Below the pieces are notes generated by a model. It ran no database searches. It was not told the DNA's origin and saw only the letters and a list, made by a program, of their open reading frames with translations. Below are positions 28,012 through 40,699 of a stretch of DNA of 63,992 nt, in pieces. How positions within the stretch are numbered: position 1 is the stretch's first letter; every line of letters starts with the position of its first letter. Made by a program: the position numbers and the translations under genes. Source of the DNA: Octopus bimaculoides. Lineage: Eukaryota. The stretch is from assembly GCF_001194135.2 (NCBI RefSeq), contig NC_068982.1, positions 171,092,415-171,156,406 of the forward strand, read 5' to 3'.

Positions 28012-28202
28012 TTGGTGAGCTGGGAGATCATCAAAACACCGCAAAATATGCTCTGCGGTATTTCTTCTGGCATTTTATGATTTGAGTTCAAACCACATGT
28101 AATTCAACTTTGCTTTCCATCCCTCTGGTGCCAATAAAATAAAGTACAGATCAAGTTGTGGAGTCGAGAGTATTATTGGCCTTGCGCCTTAATTAGAAAC
28201 CA
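28012..28202 (+). mobile_element. Degraded SINE family 1
   Basis: GGTGAGCTGGGAGATC head, GAGTTCAAAC B-box and CTTTGCTTTCCATCC body. Confidence 0.7.
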
Positions 28203-29564
28203 TATATGGCTTCACATATGAATAAGAAAGAACGAATCCATTCTTTTTCTTTCTCTTTATACCATTGATCTATAGCTGTCTCTCCCTTTCTTTCGCTTTT
28301 TTTCTCTCTCTCTAAATATTTATCAATATATGTATAGGTATTTATATGTAAGTTTATTTGCCGTTATGTTTATAAACCTTCTGATATTTGCATATTTAAA
28401 GACATATGCATCTGTAAGAAAATTTTATGCGTATCATACTGCATATTGTATACATACATAATTCTTCACAATTTATGTACAGATATTCATCTCTGTATGT
28501 ACATGTGCAAGCGTATAATATATACTTTGATATATTGTATATGTATGATGATATAAATATGAGTCTAAATATTTCAGCAAATTATTTTTTGTCTTTCTCT
28601 TAGCATTCATTTAATGATAACTTGAGGCAAATGGTATATCGTTATAAACATTCCTTATCCTATCATCAAACTTGTTATTATTGTTGTTGTACTTGTGCTT
28701 GCTACTTTTCACTGATTTTCTTATTGTCGGTGTGCTTATAAAAATGTCTACACACATAGCAGATGAATTAATTTAACCATTGTTACAATCTGGCAACAAA
28801 GAACATATCTCGTTAGATCTATATTTACTCAAACTAAGATGCTGGCAAGATACAGCTAACCAATTTTAAGCATTATTCTATTTATGTTCACACACAGAGG
28901 TTTATGTAGGAAACTGAAACAGACTGAAAGAAATGAGAACGAGCACACAAATTTAATTATAATCATATATATAAATACGCATATATGTATAAACACACAC
29001 ACACAGATATATATATATGTATATATACACACACACATATGTACATATGTATACACACACATGCATATATATATATCCATATCTATATATGCACATATAC
29101 ATACATATATATGTACATATTTACCTACATATGCGTGTATGTGTGTGTGTATATATACATATATATATATATATACATAGATACATACACACTGATACAC
29201 ATATATATTTACAGGTTTCTCTGTGATTGCGTGCGTGTGCTTGAGTATAGGTGTATATGCTGGTGTACCTCTGAGTTTATGCTTGTCCACGTTGCTTTAT
29301 ATACGCCAATACGAGCAAGATCATTAATTTATAAACAAGCACACACATAAGTGTGTATATATATATATATANNNNNNNNNNNNNNNNNNNNNNNNNNNNN
29401 NNNNNNNNNNNNNNNNNNNNNNNNNNNNNNNNNNNNNNNNNNNNNNNNNNNNNNNNNNNNNNNNNNNNNNNNNNNNNNNNNNNNNNNNNNNNNNNNNNNN
29501 NNNNNNNNNNNTATATTTCTAGATATAACATTATATATGAATAAAGGAGCCTACCAAACACACT

Positions 29565-30160
29565 CCCCTTACCAGTGCGTAAATGCTTGGCAGATGAGAT
29601 GGAGAGAATCTCCGTGTCTGGATCCTTGTCTTGCGAAGAGAGTTTCAAAAGCTTTCTCAATCGTTTTAGTTTTTGGTGCGGCGGTCGTAAATCGTCTAAG
29701 TCACGTAGACGTATACTAGCATACGCAACACAACTGCTTGCTACACCTTAGACTGTGCGGCCAGCCTAATATCTCTCCTCTCCCACGCTGATTCACGCAG
29801 CCACCCAAATGTAATGCGTGCGTCAAATGTAATGTGTGTCAATATTCATAGATCTGGAAAGTGAGCTGCCGTGGTGCATCAACTTATCAACAATCTTTGA
29901 CGCTGATAATTGATTCCACATACGGCTTCTGCGGGCGGTTTTGTGCATGACCTGTATCTTCGAAGTTCTGATTATGACGCAAACGTTGGTGCAGGCACTG
30001 GAAAAGTTGTTCATGCTCTGTTTCGTCTTCGCCTCTGTAGCGGCGTTGAGTGCGCAGTCGTCTGTGAACTGGAAGATGCGTTCTGAATCCTTTTCCATAG
30101 TCTTAGACTGTAGCCTCCACAGCTTGAAGGATCTGCCACCAGTCCAACCTAGTTGCGAGT
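29565..30160 (-). mobile_element. RTE-like LINE, inverted 5' segment (RT core to LPSIY motif)
   Basis: WTGGRSFKLWRLQSKT, QFTDDCALNAATEA, VDKLMHHGSSLSR, FGWLRESAWERRDIRL, RKLLKLSSQDKDPDTEILS and LPSIYAL are collinear with RTE ORF2. Confidence 0.88.
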
Positions 30161-30520
30161 ACATAGCAAACTGGCAGGAGGCAGGCACACACAAGGTGAA
30201 CCAATATAATGCTTCAACGACATACTCAAAGCCTCACTGAAGATCTTTGAGATCAACTTCGACACCTGGGAAACGCAAGCCCAAGACAAGATTGGCGAAG
30301 ATGAACCAAGAGAGGTGCTAACTCCCACAAGCGCAACAGGATTGTAGGGGCACAAGGAAAACGAGAAATACGCACTTCCAGAGACCCGTCCTTGCATTCA
30401 GTCCACACAGTCCACCAGTGCCCGACCTGCAGCAGAGCTTCCCGTGCACGAAAGCATGTCTCGTTTTCTTCTCCCATGTGGCGTGATTGGTCATCGTCGA
30501 CATCGACAGACAAACTAACA
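30161..30520 (+). mobile_element. RTE-like LINE 3' end in forward orientation
   Basis: SKLAGGRHTQG..FNDILKASLKIFEINFDTWETQAQDK and HQCPTCSRASRAR (terminal Zn-finger-like motif), then a 3' stem-loop CGTCG-ACAT-CGACA and a CAA/AAT tail. Confidence 0.85.
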
Positions 30521-30552
30521 ATGATAATAATAACCATGATAATAATAATAAT

Positions 30553-30765
30553 CCTTTCTATTATAGGGATAAGGTCTGAAAATTTCGGTGTTAAGGCTGG
30601 TCGATTATATCCACACCAGTACGCGACTGGTGCTTATTTTATCGAGTCCGAAAGAATAAAAGACCCAGCCGACCTCGGCGAGATTTGAACTTAGAACGTT
30701 ACGACGGGCGAAATACCGGTGAGCATTTCGTTCAGCGTGCTAAAGATTCTACCAGCTCGCTACTT
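30553..30765 (-). mobile_element. SINE family 1, near full length
   Basis: The reverse complement has the head GCGAGCTGGTAGAATC (A-box-like), the AAGTTCAAATCTCGCCGAGGTCGG B-box region and CCAGTCGCGTACTGG. Confidence 0.85.
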
Positions 30766-30767
30766 TA

Positions 30768-31907
30768 GCTGTCCCAGTTATAAGCTACAGCTACAGCATC
30801 CTTAACTGGACACTAAACGAACTATGTAAAATAGACAGGAAAACAAGAAAAACAATGACAGGATATAGGATGCACCACCCAAAATCTGACATAGAAAGGC
30901 TATATATACAACGCACAGAAGGTGGCAGGGGTCTTATACAGCTAGAAAACTATTATNNNNNNNNNNNNNNNNNNNNNNNNNNNNNNNNNNNNNNNNNNNN
31001 NNNNNNNNNNNNNNNNNNNNNNNNNNNNNNNNNNNNNNNNNNNNNNNNNNNNNNNNNNNNNNNNNNNNNNNNNNNNNNNNNNNNNNNNNNNNNNNNNNNN
31101 NNNNNNNNNNNNNNNNNNNNNNNNNNNNNNNNNNNNNNNNNNNNNNNNNNNNNNNNNNNNNNNNNNNNNNNNNNNNNNNNNNNNNNNNNNNNNNNNNNNN
31201 NNNNNNNNNNNNNNNNNNNNNNNNNNNNNNNNNNNNNNNNNNNNNNNNNNNNNNNNNNNNNNNNNNNNNNNNNNNNNNNNNNNNNNNNNNNNNNNNNNNN
31301 NNNNNNNNNNNNNNNNNNNNNNNNNNNNNNNNNNNNNNNNNNNNNNNNNNNNNNNNNNNNNNNNNNNNNNNNNNNNNNNNNNNNNNNNNNNNNNNNNNNN
31401 NNNNNNNNNNNNNNNNNNNNNNNNNNNNNNNNNNNNNNNNNNNNNNNNNNNNNNNNNNNNNNNNNNNNNNNNNNNNNNNNNNNNNNNNNNNNNNNNNNNN
31501 NNNNNNNNNNNNNNNNNNNNNNNNNNNNNNNNNNNNNNNNNNNNNNNNNNNNNNNNNNNNNNNNNNNNNNNNNNNNNNNNNNNNNNNNNNNNNNNNNNNN
31601 NNNNNNNNNNNNNNNNNNNNNNNNNNNNNNNNNNNNNNNNNNNNNNNNNNNACAATTCCTATCATAATAGGTGCCTTAGGTATAATAAAAAAATATTCAG
31701 ACAAATACATAACAAAAACACCAGGACTTACAAATATATATAACATACAGAAAATTGCACTACTGGGTACTGCACACATTCTACGCAAAACACTTTCAAT
31801 ACAGTAAACATAAGAGCACCACAGCAAACCACAGCACATACCCAAGGCACACAGAGCTGCGCTCGGTAGTGAAGTGAAAGCACGTTATAAAAATAAAACA
31901 ACTGAAC
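30768..31907 (+). mobile_element. R4/Dong-like non-LTR retrotransposon, 5'-truncated (family A), spanning an N gap
   Basis: AVPVISYSYSILNWTLNELCKIDRKTRK..HHPKSDIERLYIQRTEGGRGLIQLE lies before the gap. TIPIIIGALG..NIQKIALLGTAHILRKTL* (stop 31805-31807) lies after it, followed by a 3' UTR and (AAT)n. Continuity across the gap is inferred. Confidence 0.85.
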
Positions 31908-31978
31908 AATAATAATAATAATAATAATAACAACAAGAACAAGAACAACAACAACAACAATAATGATAATGATGATAA

Positions 31979-32060
<82 letters not shown>
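31908..32060. repeat. (AAT)n array with (AAC) and (GAT) variants
   Basis: Direct reading; lies between two Dong copies. Confidence 0.95.
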
Positions 32061-33031
32061 CATAGCATCGTATGTAAAAAGTTGCACAGAACCGTTATTA
32101 TAAGTAAGAAAGTCAAGCTTCTGTAGGAGGAAAGATTGCAAAGATAAAGCACTGTACAAGCAATTGAAAACGAAGGAAACTGAAAATAGGTGGGTAAAGA
32201 AAAGAAGGCATGAACAATTTCATAGGTATGTTGAAGATAAAACAGACAAAAAAAAAAGATAGCTGTGGATAACTAAAAGTGATTTAAAACCGGAAATGGT
32301 TTGTCTAATCTGTGCTGCCCAAGAGCAAGCACTAAGAACAAATTACGTAAAATACAGAATAGACAACACTTCAGAAAGTGATAAGGGCTGAATTCGTGGA
32401 CAAAATGGTGAAAAAGTATGGCATATTACAGTAAATGTACGCCACTAGCCCAAAAGGAATATAAGAGACGCCAAGACAATATAGCCCGACTTGTCCATTG
32501 GACACTTTGCAACAAGTATGGACTTGACAGAGCAAAAAATTGGTACGACCACAAACCCGAAGGCATCGTCGAAATTAAAAATGCAAAGATCCTATGAGAT
32601 TTTATAATTCAGTGCGACCATGAGATAGAGAATAGGAAGCCAGACATAGTCTTAATTGAGAAAGAAAACAAACTATGCTGGATCATAGATATAACATACC
32701 CAGCAGACAACAATATATGCGATAAGGAAGAAAGAAAATTTGAGATATATCACAGGTTAGCTAGGGAAGCTAAGCAGTGGTGGTCGATGAAAAAGGTAGC
32801 AGTAGTACCAGTAACTGTCGGAGCCCTGGACACAGTGAGCAAAAAGCTCGAGAAGTATATGGAACAAATAGGGACTGCAATAAGGGTGGAGCACTTGCAG
32901 AAAATAGCACTGCTAGGAACCGCTCGAATACTCCGGAAAGTGCTCGACAAATAAGAGTTGTTACCTTACTTCACTAGTAGTGAACAGCTGGCATCGTAGT
33001 ACATCTCCAGCGTTAGAGGCTGTGCAAAGGC
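32061..33031 (+). mobile_element. R4/Dong-like retrotransposon 3' kilobase (family B) with Zn-knuckle and restriction-like endonuclease
   Basis: CAAQEQALRTN, LAQKEYKRRQDNIARLVHWTLC, KPDIVLIEKENKLCWIIDI, VVPVTVGAL and LQKIALLGTARILRKVL* (stop 32952-32954), with an (AAT)n tail. Confidence 0.92.
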
Positions 33032-33947
33032 AATAATAATAATAATGATAAAAATAATAATAATAATATATATATTTATTTATATATATATATATNNNNN
33101 NNNNNNNNNNNNNNNNNNNNNNNNNNNNNNNNNNNNNNNNNNNNNNNNNNNNNNNNNNNNNNNNNNNNNNNNNNNNNNNNNNNNNNNNNNNNNNNNNNNN
33201 NNNNNNNNNNNNNNNNNNNNNNNNNNNNNNNNNNNNNNNNNNNNNNNNNNNNNNNNNNNNNNNNNNNNNNNNNNNNNNNNNNNNNNNNNNNNNNNNNNNN
33301 NNNNNNNNNNNNNNNNNNNNNNNNNNNNNNNNNNNNNNNNNNNNNNNNNNNNNNNNNNNNNNNNNNNNNNNNNNNNNNNNNNNNNNNNNNNNNNNNNNNN
33401 NNNNNNNNNNNNNNNNNNNNNNNNNNNNNNNNNNNNNNNNNNNNNNNNNNNNNNNNNNNNNNNNNNNNNNNNNNNNNNNNNNNNNNNNNNNNNNNNNNNN
33501 NNNNNNNNNNNNNNNNNNNNNNNNNNNNNNNNNNNNNNNNNNNNNNNNNNNNNNNNNNNNNNNNNNNNNNNNNNNNNNNNNNNNNNNNNNNNNNNNNNNN
33601 NNNNNNNNNNNNNNNNNNNNNNNNNNNNNNNNNNNNNNNNNNNNNNNNNNNNNNNNNNNNNNNNNNNNNNNNNNNNNNNNNNNNNNNNNNNNNNNNNNNN
33701 NNNNNNNNNNNNNNNNNNNNNNNNNNNNNNNNNNNNNNNNNNNNNNNNNNNNNNNNNNNNNNNNNNNNNNNNNNNNNNNNNNNNNNNNNNNNNNNNNNNN
33801 NNNNNNNNNNNNNNNNNNNNNNNNNNNNNNNNNNNNNNNNNNNNNNNNNNNNNNNNNNNNNNNNNNNNNNNNNNNNNNNNNNNNNNNNNNNNNNNNNNNN
33901 NNNNNNNNNNNNNNNNNNNNNNNNNNNNNNNNNNNNNNNNNNNNNNN

Positions 33948-34009
<62 letters not shown>

Positions 34010-36220
34010 TGATGTGCTTCTATACAATATCCTTCATCATAATGTAACTGCTACGCAGTCGTCGGCCCGGTACTATATTGGAAGTTATCCCTGAAATAAA
34101 ACTGCATGGGACTGACCATAAACGCACTTATCTTTTAATGAGAATTACAAATACCGGGAAATGATTTCTCATTAAAAACCTCAGAAGAAATTTAGTATAC
34201 AGAACTTCAGTCTGACTTTATATTTGAAACTTTATTCAAACAATGACCAGAATAGCGATTTTATATACATTAAGACATGGTAACTTTCTATTAAACTGTA
34301 TACAACTGCGAGAGTTTATGTGTCAGGAATTTTAAAATTTTGGCTGACTTCGACTTTGTGGCTTGGAAGAAATTTGGCAATTTACGTAAACAATACTAGA
34401 ATGCTTACTTATATATAAATACCTCTCCATAACTTATATTCATGGAATAAATTAAAGAAAAATACAGAACAAAATAGATCAGAAGTAAATGTTAGATATC
34501 TTCATCTGTGAGAAAAAAAATAAGATTTTCATGACTGACGTTGACATGGTATCGCTCCAAATATACTCTATAATGAACTAAAATTTCAAGCAAATATTCT
34601 GCTAATTCAAATATAACTTTTAGCATATTTTGCAATCTAGAACACATCGAAACAAAATTTCCAACATATTAACCAAAACTATTTGAAGTACAACTTCACA
34701 AATACTAAAAGGAAATTAACTGGCTTGAGCATTGGAACATAGTGCAGCATTTAAACTCTCTTTGATACATCAGAATAACCGCCAATACTTTAAAAAATTG
34801 ATTTACGCCACTAAAACATTCATTTTAAACGCAAATAGGAAAGCCACTTTATTTTGTGAAAATATTCGATCGCTAAAACCTAACATTCCACATAATATAA
34901 CATCAAAAATCCTACCAACGCCAGATCACATTATACTAAAATTAACGTATTTCAGCTTTGTACGAAAGAGACGTACCAAATCGTCATATACGAACTAGTT
35001 ACGAACCACTATTTTGATATGCGAATATTGTTAGATTAAGTTACATATGCAGGCTAAATTGGGACTACACCAATGACTGGAAGCAAACTCCAAATCTAAC
35101 AGCTGTGTACGAATTTTGCGTGTGTGAATATGTGAATTAGCACATATATATGTGCATCTGTGCCTACATATGTGTGAGATTCTGTGAACGGGGAAGTGTA
35201 TTTATATTTCTATTAAGATACGCGGACCATTAAATTCTGTGCTAATTCTGCATTATTTGTCTGATAAGCACAGATAAGCATGCAAAAAAACATTGTATAT
35301 ATTTATTAAGTGGAATATCAGTTCTTCCAGCCTAATATCGATAGCACGTTGTAATATTATTTACACTAAACTCGTATTAAAAAGTAGAAACCTCCCGCTT
35401 ACAACAAATAAATATACAATCGAAATTTAAAGAAGGACCGAAACAAAATCTCTATAAAAATTACCAAAACTAATTTTCATGTCTTTATCCATTTATGTAT
35501 TTTCATGTGTTTGTGAAGCTAAGTATTAAATATAAACATTAAAATATGATACATATTGATGCTTCTGTATATTTAGTTATCTAATTATAGGTTTCTTTAC
35601 AGACGCACGTGTATGTTTACTTACAAATTATTTTCTCTTAAATTTATATTTTTAAATATCTATGCGTCACTTTTATTCCTTCCCCCGTTGTTCAAACCAT
35701 TTTTTTATTTGAAAATTTAAATGTGTTATTGATTTTTAGTGTTTGCTTACTAATATTTAACTTCACATGACTTTTTAAAAAATCTACCTGAATATCCCCG
35801 TTATCTCCTGTGACTAGATATCATGCAGTTGTTGATGTTTTGTCGCAGGTTAGTTTTGTTATGGCATACATATGATCAAAGCTATTCCAGACTTAACATT
35901 TTTTCCATTTTTCGTATATATGGTCTATATGTTTTTTTTTTGTTTTTTTTTATCCAAAGTTTCTTTCACGCTATAAAATGCTGCATCTGACGTGAGGGTA
36001 GTTTGTTCATTCTGGCTGTTAGAGTTACCATATTTATTCCTTTTCGCTTTACATTTTCTTTTACGTTGTGGTTTCGAAAATCGTGTGAGCTGGTCTTTGC
36101 AATCCGGTCTAGGCTGATTTCTAAACAGTAATAAAAAAAAAATCCAGTCACCTGTTCATGTTATTGAAAAATCTTTGAATGTGTAATCAAATTAAAAATT
36201 AATATTTATAGTTGCTTTAA

Positions 36221-36425
36221 GGCGTGAGGAGGCAGAATCATTAGCACGCCGGGCAAAATGTTTAGCGGTATTTCGTCTCTCTTTATGCTTTGAGTTCAAA
36301 TACAACTGAGATGGACTTTGTGTTTCATCCTTTCGGATTCGATAGAAGAGGAACCAGATAAGTACTAGTGTCGATGTAATCGACTTAGACCCCTCCATAA
36401 ACATGCTTTATGACAGTGTTTGAGA
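36221..36425 (+). mobile_element. SINE family 1
   Basis: GGCAGAATCATTAGCACGCCGGGCAAAATG, GAGTTCAAAT and TGTCGATGTAATCGAC. Confidence 0.85.
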
Positions 36426-37994
36426 TTAATATATATATATAATTGCTGCTTTTAATATTGCTCAAGTGATTTATTGTACCACCATGAATATATCTCTGGT
36501 CATATTACATCGACTTGAAAAGTCAAAGGATTTCTGTTGCTGCACTTTGTTTTTGGCGTTGTTCTTGCGAAACATTTAATGGAATAGCCATGTCATTTTA
36601 GCTAGTGATAGGTTAGCGTGTAGAGTGGTGTACCTTGTAGCATAATGTATATAATTGCTTATGAGATTTGTTTTTTTCAAACACAGTCAACAATTTTTAA
36701 TGCTATATCTTTCATTCTTATACCCGACATATTGCTAATTTCCATTTGATGTGATTATAATTTCGTTCGACATCCTTTCTAGTAATATTTTTGTCTGTAA
36801 GGTCAAGTTATCTATGAGATACTTAGATTTTCATTTCTCTGTTTTAATAATGATATTAGTGCATCTTGCTTCGATATTCTTTCTAGTGTGGACAGTCATG
36901 TTCTAAATTTTCCTCGTCATGTCAGTAAAACAGTGGATTCGGTGTGGGTGTGAGGCACACTACTTATTCACCTGTTACATCTGTCTTTTCGATTATCTAT
37001 GTCGAGATGATCATTTATGTAAAGAAATTAAGTTGGATAATCTAATTTCTCTTTGCTGTATGTAGGCATTATGCAAATATAATCTGAAATGCTATGTGGT
37101 CTTTTAATACTATAGTTTGAGCCTGTGATAGCGTTCTCAATGTTTCTCGAACTTGCCTCTTACGTCTTATAGAATATCAACTGCGATGCTGTTTTATGTC
37201 CAATTAGGACATTTGATGGAGAATTTCCTCTTTAGTTTGTAGTGTTTTGGTAATTTTCTTAGCTTTTAGGTCAAGCTGTGTTATTTTTATAATTGTGTTG
37301 TTTCATATGAATAAAATTTCATGTATTTAGTCACATCTCAGTACAGATCCAGAATCCCCTGAACCCCATTTGTACTGTTTGTAGGGGCTCTGTTCATGTG
37401 TGTTTCAACTGTTATCATTCTATCTTTGGGATGATAATGGCTGATGATAATAAGTTATTCTGTTTTTAAGTCGTTATTATCCTATGTGCTTTCATTATAA
37501 GACAATATCATGTGATTCAATATCAAGGAATCAGGGCAGCAAATTCTTCCACAAGAGACTACGTAGATGGATAATGGATATTTTTCAGTTAATTTCCATT
37601 ATTATTGTAAGTATTGGAGTTGAAATGGTTAATTACTATCGACGACAATTTATTGCTTTATAAATACTATACAATTTAATGAAATTTTGGGGCAGCTATT
37701 GAACATATGTTTATTGAAGCCCTCAATAGGCAACGCTAGTGACACTTTTTATCCAATATTGGAGCTCAACCACTCCACAATATATATTGTTTCAATAGTT
37801 TATCATTTTGTGGCGCTTGCGTTTTCTCGCTTTTCAAAAGCTTATTGCGCAATATGTGATGTGTTGTAACAAATGCAAGTCTGAGAATGGTTTCCTTTTC
37901 TGATGATATATGAAGCGTATCAATACAAAGACTTGGTTTAATGTGAACATATTTTGCTTCTTAGGGCGCATGGAGCGTTATAGGGAACGGAATT

Positions 37995-38095
37995 TTAGTT
38001 CACAGTCAGATATAGTTCTTTATATAGATGTGTACATGGCGAAAGCGTTTGATTTTGCCACTGTTTCTCATCATATGTTATCACAATGGTGAGAC
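37995..38095 (+). mobile_element. Possible small LINE RT remnant
   Basis: IDVYMAKAFDFATVSHHML resembles D..YLDFAKAFD.V.H. It is short and rearranged. Confidence 0.3.
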
Positions 38096-39602
38096 ATCTT
38101 GATATAACTTGTAATCATTTTCTTCCATGAGTTTTTCTCAGAGATTAGCCAGGCGATATTTCTATTTTGTCGGAAGTTTCAAAATAAGGTCACCATTTTA
38201 AGAATTTTCATGTATATGGAAAATATTTCCTGTACAGATGAATTAAGCATTTCACATGTTGCCATTACTCGTATAGTAATTTTATCGTAAGATAGTTCCT
38301 TAAAAGCGAGATACTTCATATGTGATAATCATAATCTTCAAGCGTGATGTCCTCTGGTGAGCCTATTTTCCCTCACAGAAACTATTCCTGTCGCTTCTTC
38401 ATTAATGTGAAGATATCTATTGTGTGCATTCTATAAGAGAGACGCTTTAGTGAAACTATCGATATAAATGATACAGATTTGGAAAGCAATTTTTGTGCAT
38501 TTAATTTCCAAAGCATATGCGTGTGTGAGTTGGTAGAAACATAATGTTTGTGTATGTGTGAATTGTATTTTCTACATTCAATTATCTTAATTCTTCTGTT
38601 AAGGACGGAGATGGTTTTCAACAGAGCTACAAAGCTCTATCGCTGGAATATGGATAGCTAAAACAATTTCAAATTCAGAACATGGGAAAAGCATTGCATA
38701 CCTTTACTCCTACGCTTACAGATTGAATCTATCATATGCATATTAGTTGCATGATTTCTTATCCAGATTGTCCCTTACACATGTACCTCACAAGACCAAG
38801 CAAAGGAATTATTATAATGTTTATTTTTGTGTTTCTTGAAATAATAGTTATTCCAAATTTTTCAATTTTTTGTAACCCTCTATATTGAGTGTAGACTGTA
38901 TTATTTTTCTTCACTTCCTTTTCTTGTCCCATATTTCTGTACATTTTTCTATTTCTTTAAAGTTATTTGTTTTATTTGTGTATCAATTCCTTTTTCTTCT
39001 GTTTCATCTTTCTTCTAGCTGTTTGCAATGAATTCTTGTAATATTTATAATTTATATCGTTAACAGTTTGGGACTATATCTTCCTAGTCGATATGTCAAT
39101 AATTTATAAATCATCGTCGTAGTTCAATCCTGTTTTCCTTGCCACGTCACTTAACTATACTATGAAACACAAATGCACAAATTATATAATCCTCTATCAG
39201 AGGGAAGTAGTGGCACAGAGTAGTAAACATGTATACTTTAGGTGTGTCTTCTTAATTTGAAATGCTGATTTGAAATCATATAAAATATATTTCTTGTAAA
39301 AGAATGTTCTACCAGCTGACACAACAAATACAAGTAAAACAGTTTCGTGTCTTTTACTTAGTACTAGAACAGCGCTGTTCCATTAGAACTGTGACGAAAA
39401 GTGTTCCAGTCTTGACCAACTTCTTTTCCTTCTTTCAGACATCTAGGGTTACATTATCTACTGGTCTCCCAACACATACCTGATTATTGCATTCCCTATC
39501 CTCTGTCACCCTTTATATTTCATTTATGTCACTTCTGATTTTGTTTGGTTCTCTTGTTTCCATGTCTTACAGTTTTCGATAAATGTTTTCTCTGATACTT
39601 CA

Positions 39603-39818
39603 GATGGTGAGCTGGCAGATTCATAAGCGCGCCAGGCTAAATGCTTAGCGGCATTTTGTCCAACTTTACGTTCTGAGTTCAAATTCCGCTGAAGTCAACT
39701 TTTCCTCTTGATCTTTCGAAATCGATAAAATGAGTACCAGTTGATCACGGGAGACGTTGTTATGGACTTATTCTCTCCCCCGTCATTGCTGGCCGTGTGT
39801 CAAAGCGTAAAATCAATA
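39603..39818 (+). mobile_element. SINE family 1, full length
   Basis: GGTGAGCTGGCAGATTC head, TTCTGAGTTCAAATTCCGCTGAAGTCAAC and GAGTACCAGTTG. Confidence 0.88.
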
Positions 39819-39952
39819 TGTGTTGAATTAGTAGGATCGGTGTAGGTACTGACAAAATGATTTTGCAATATTTACATACGACGCTTTCTTACTAAGTGAC
39901 ACTCAAAACATTGTCGTTTTGGCGTTTCATAATTCTAGAGAGCAGTAATATT

Positions 39953-40166
39953 CTTTTCTACTCTAGGCACAAGGCCCGAAATTTTGGGTGAAGGGAACAG
40001 TTGATTAGATCGACCCCAGTACGCAACTGGTACTTAATTTATCGACCCCGAAAAAATAAAAAGCAAAGTTGACCACAACGGAATTTGAATCCACAACGTA
40101 GAGACAGACGGAATACAGCTAAGCATTTCGCCCGGCGTGCTAACGATTTTGCTAGCTCGCCGCCTT
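39953..40166 (-). mobile_element. SINE family 1, full length, with 17-bp TSD
   Basis: Well-preserved body. TAGAGAGCAGTAATATT (39936-39952) matches TAGAAAGCAATAATATT (40167-40183) at 15/17. Confidence 0.92.
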
Positions 40167-40699
40167 TAGAAAGCAATAATATTAACTAATCAATTGCTGC
40201 TGCCAATCGCGTAATTTTTTTTAACGAAGTGAAATCTCTAATTAAGCACCTGAATTGTCAGAATGATCGATGAAGAATAATTTTCGAGAACGGAATGTCC
40301 CTTTAGAATATTGGGTGGAAATCACGCTTATTTCTGGTCGTACTGTACAATCTTTAATTACAAGGAATTCAACATTCGGTTGTCAATAAAAAGATATTCT
40401 GACAATTATTCTGGTCTAAGAAATCAATCCGTAATACGATATAACATGATTCCAATATTGGATGCCAACATTATCCCTTAGAATTCCCTATCGTTGCATT
40501 CTAAGTTCAAATCGTGTTAATGAGAACTTTATTGAGCTGAGAGCATGCGTGAATTGATCAAGAGCAGCAGTTCTAGTTAGAAAACACGTCTTTCTGTAAC
40601 AAGCAGCACTTAGCCGAGATAACAATAAAAAAAGTAGTTCTACGCAAAAGCAATGTTCTATGCAAAGTCAACGCGCTGAGTAAGAATAGACCTTGTCTC

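Noticed and set aside
34133-34177. 12-bp inverted repeat TTTTAATGAGAA / TTCTCATTAAAA with a 21-nt spacer
   Set aside because: Short and AT-rich; expected by chance or from minor slippage.
36650-39130. Possible Penelope or other LINE relics on the minus strand
   Set aside because: Only isolated 3-5 residue resemblances amid many stops; cannot be supported without a profile search.
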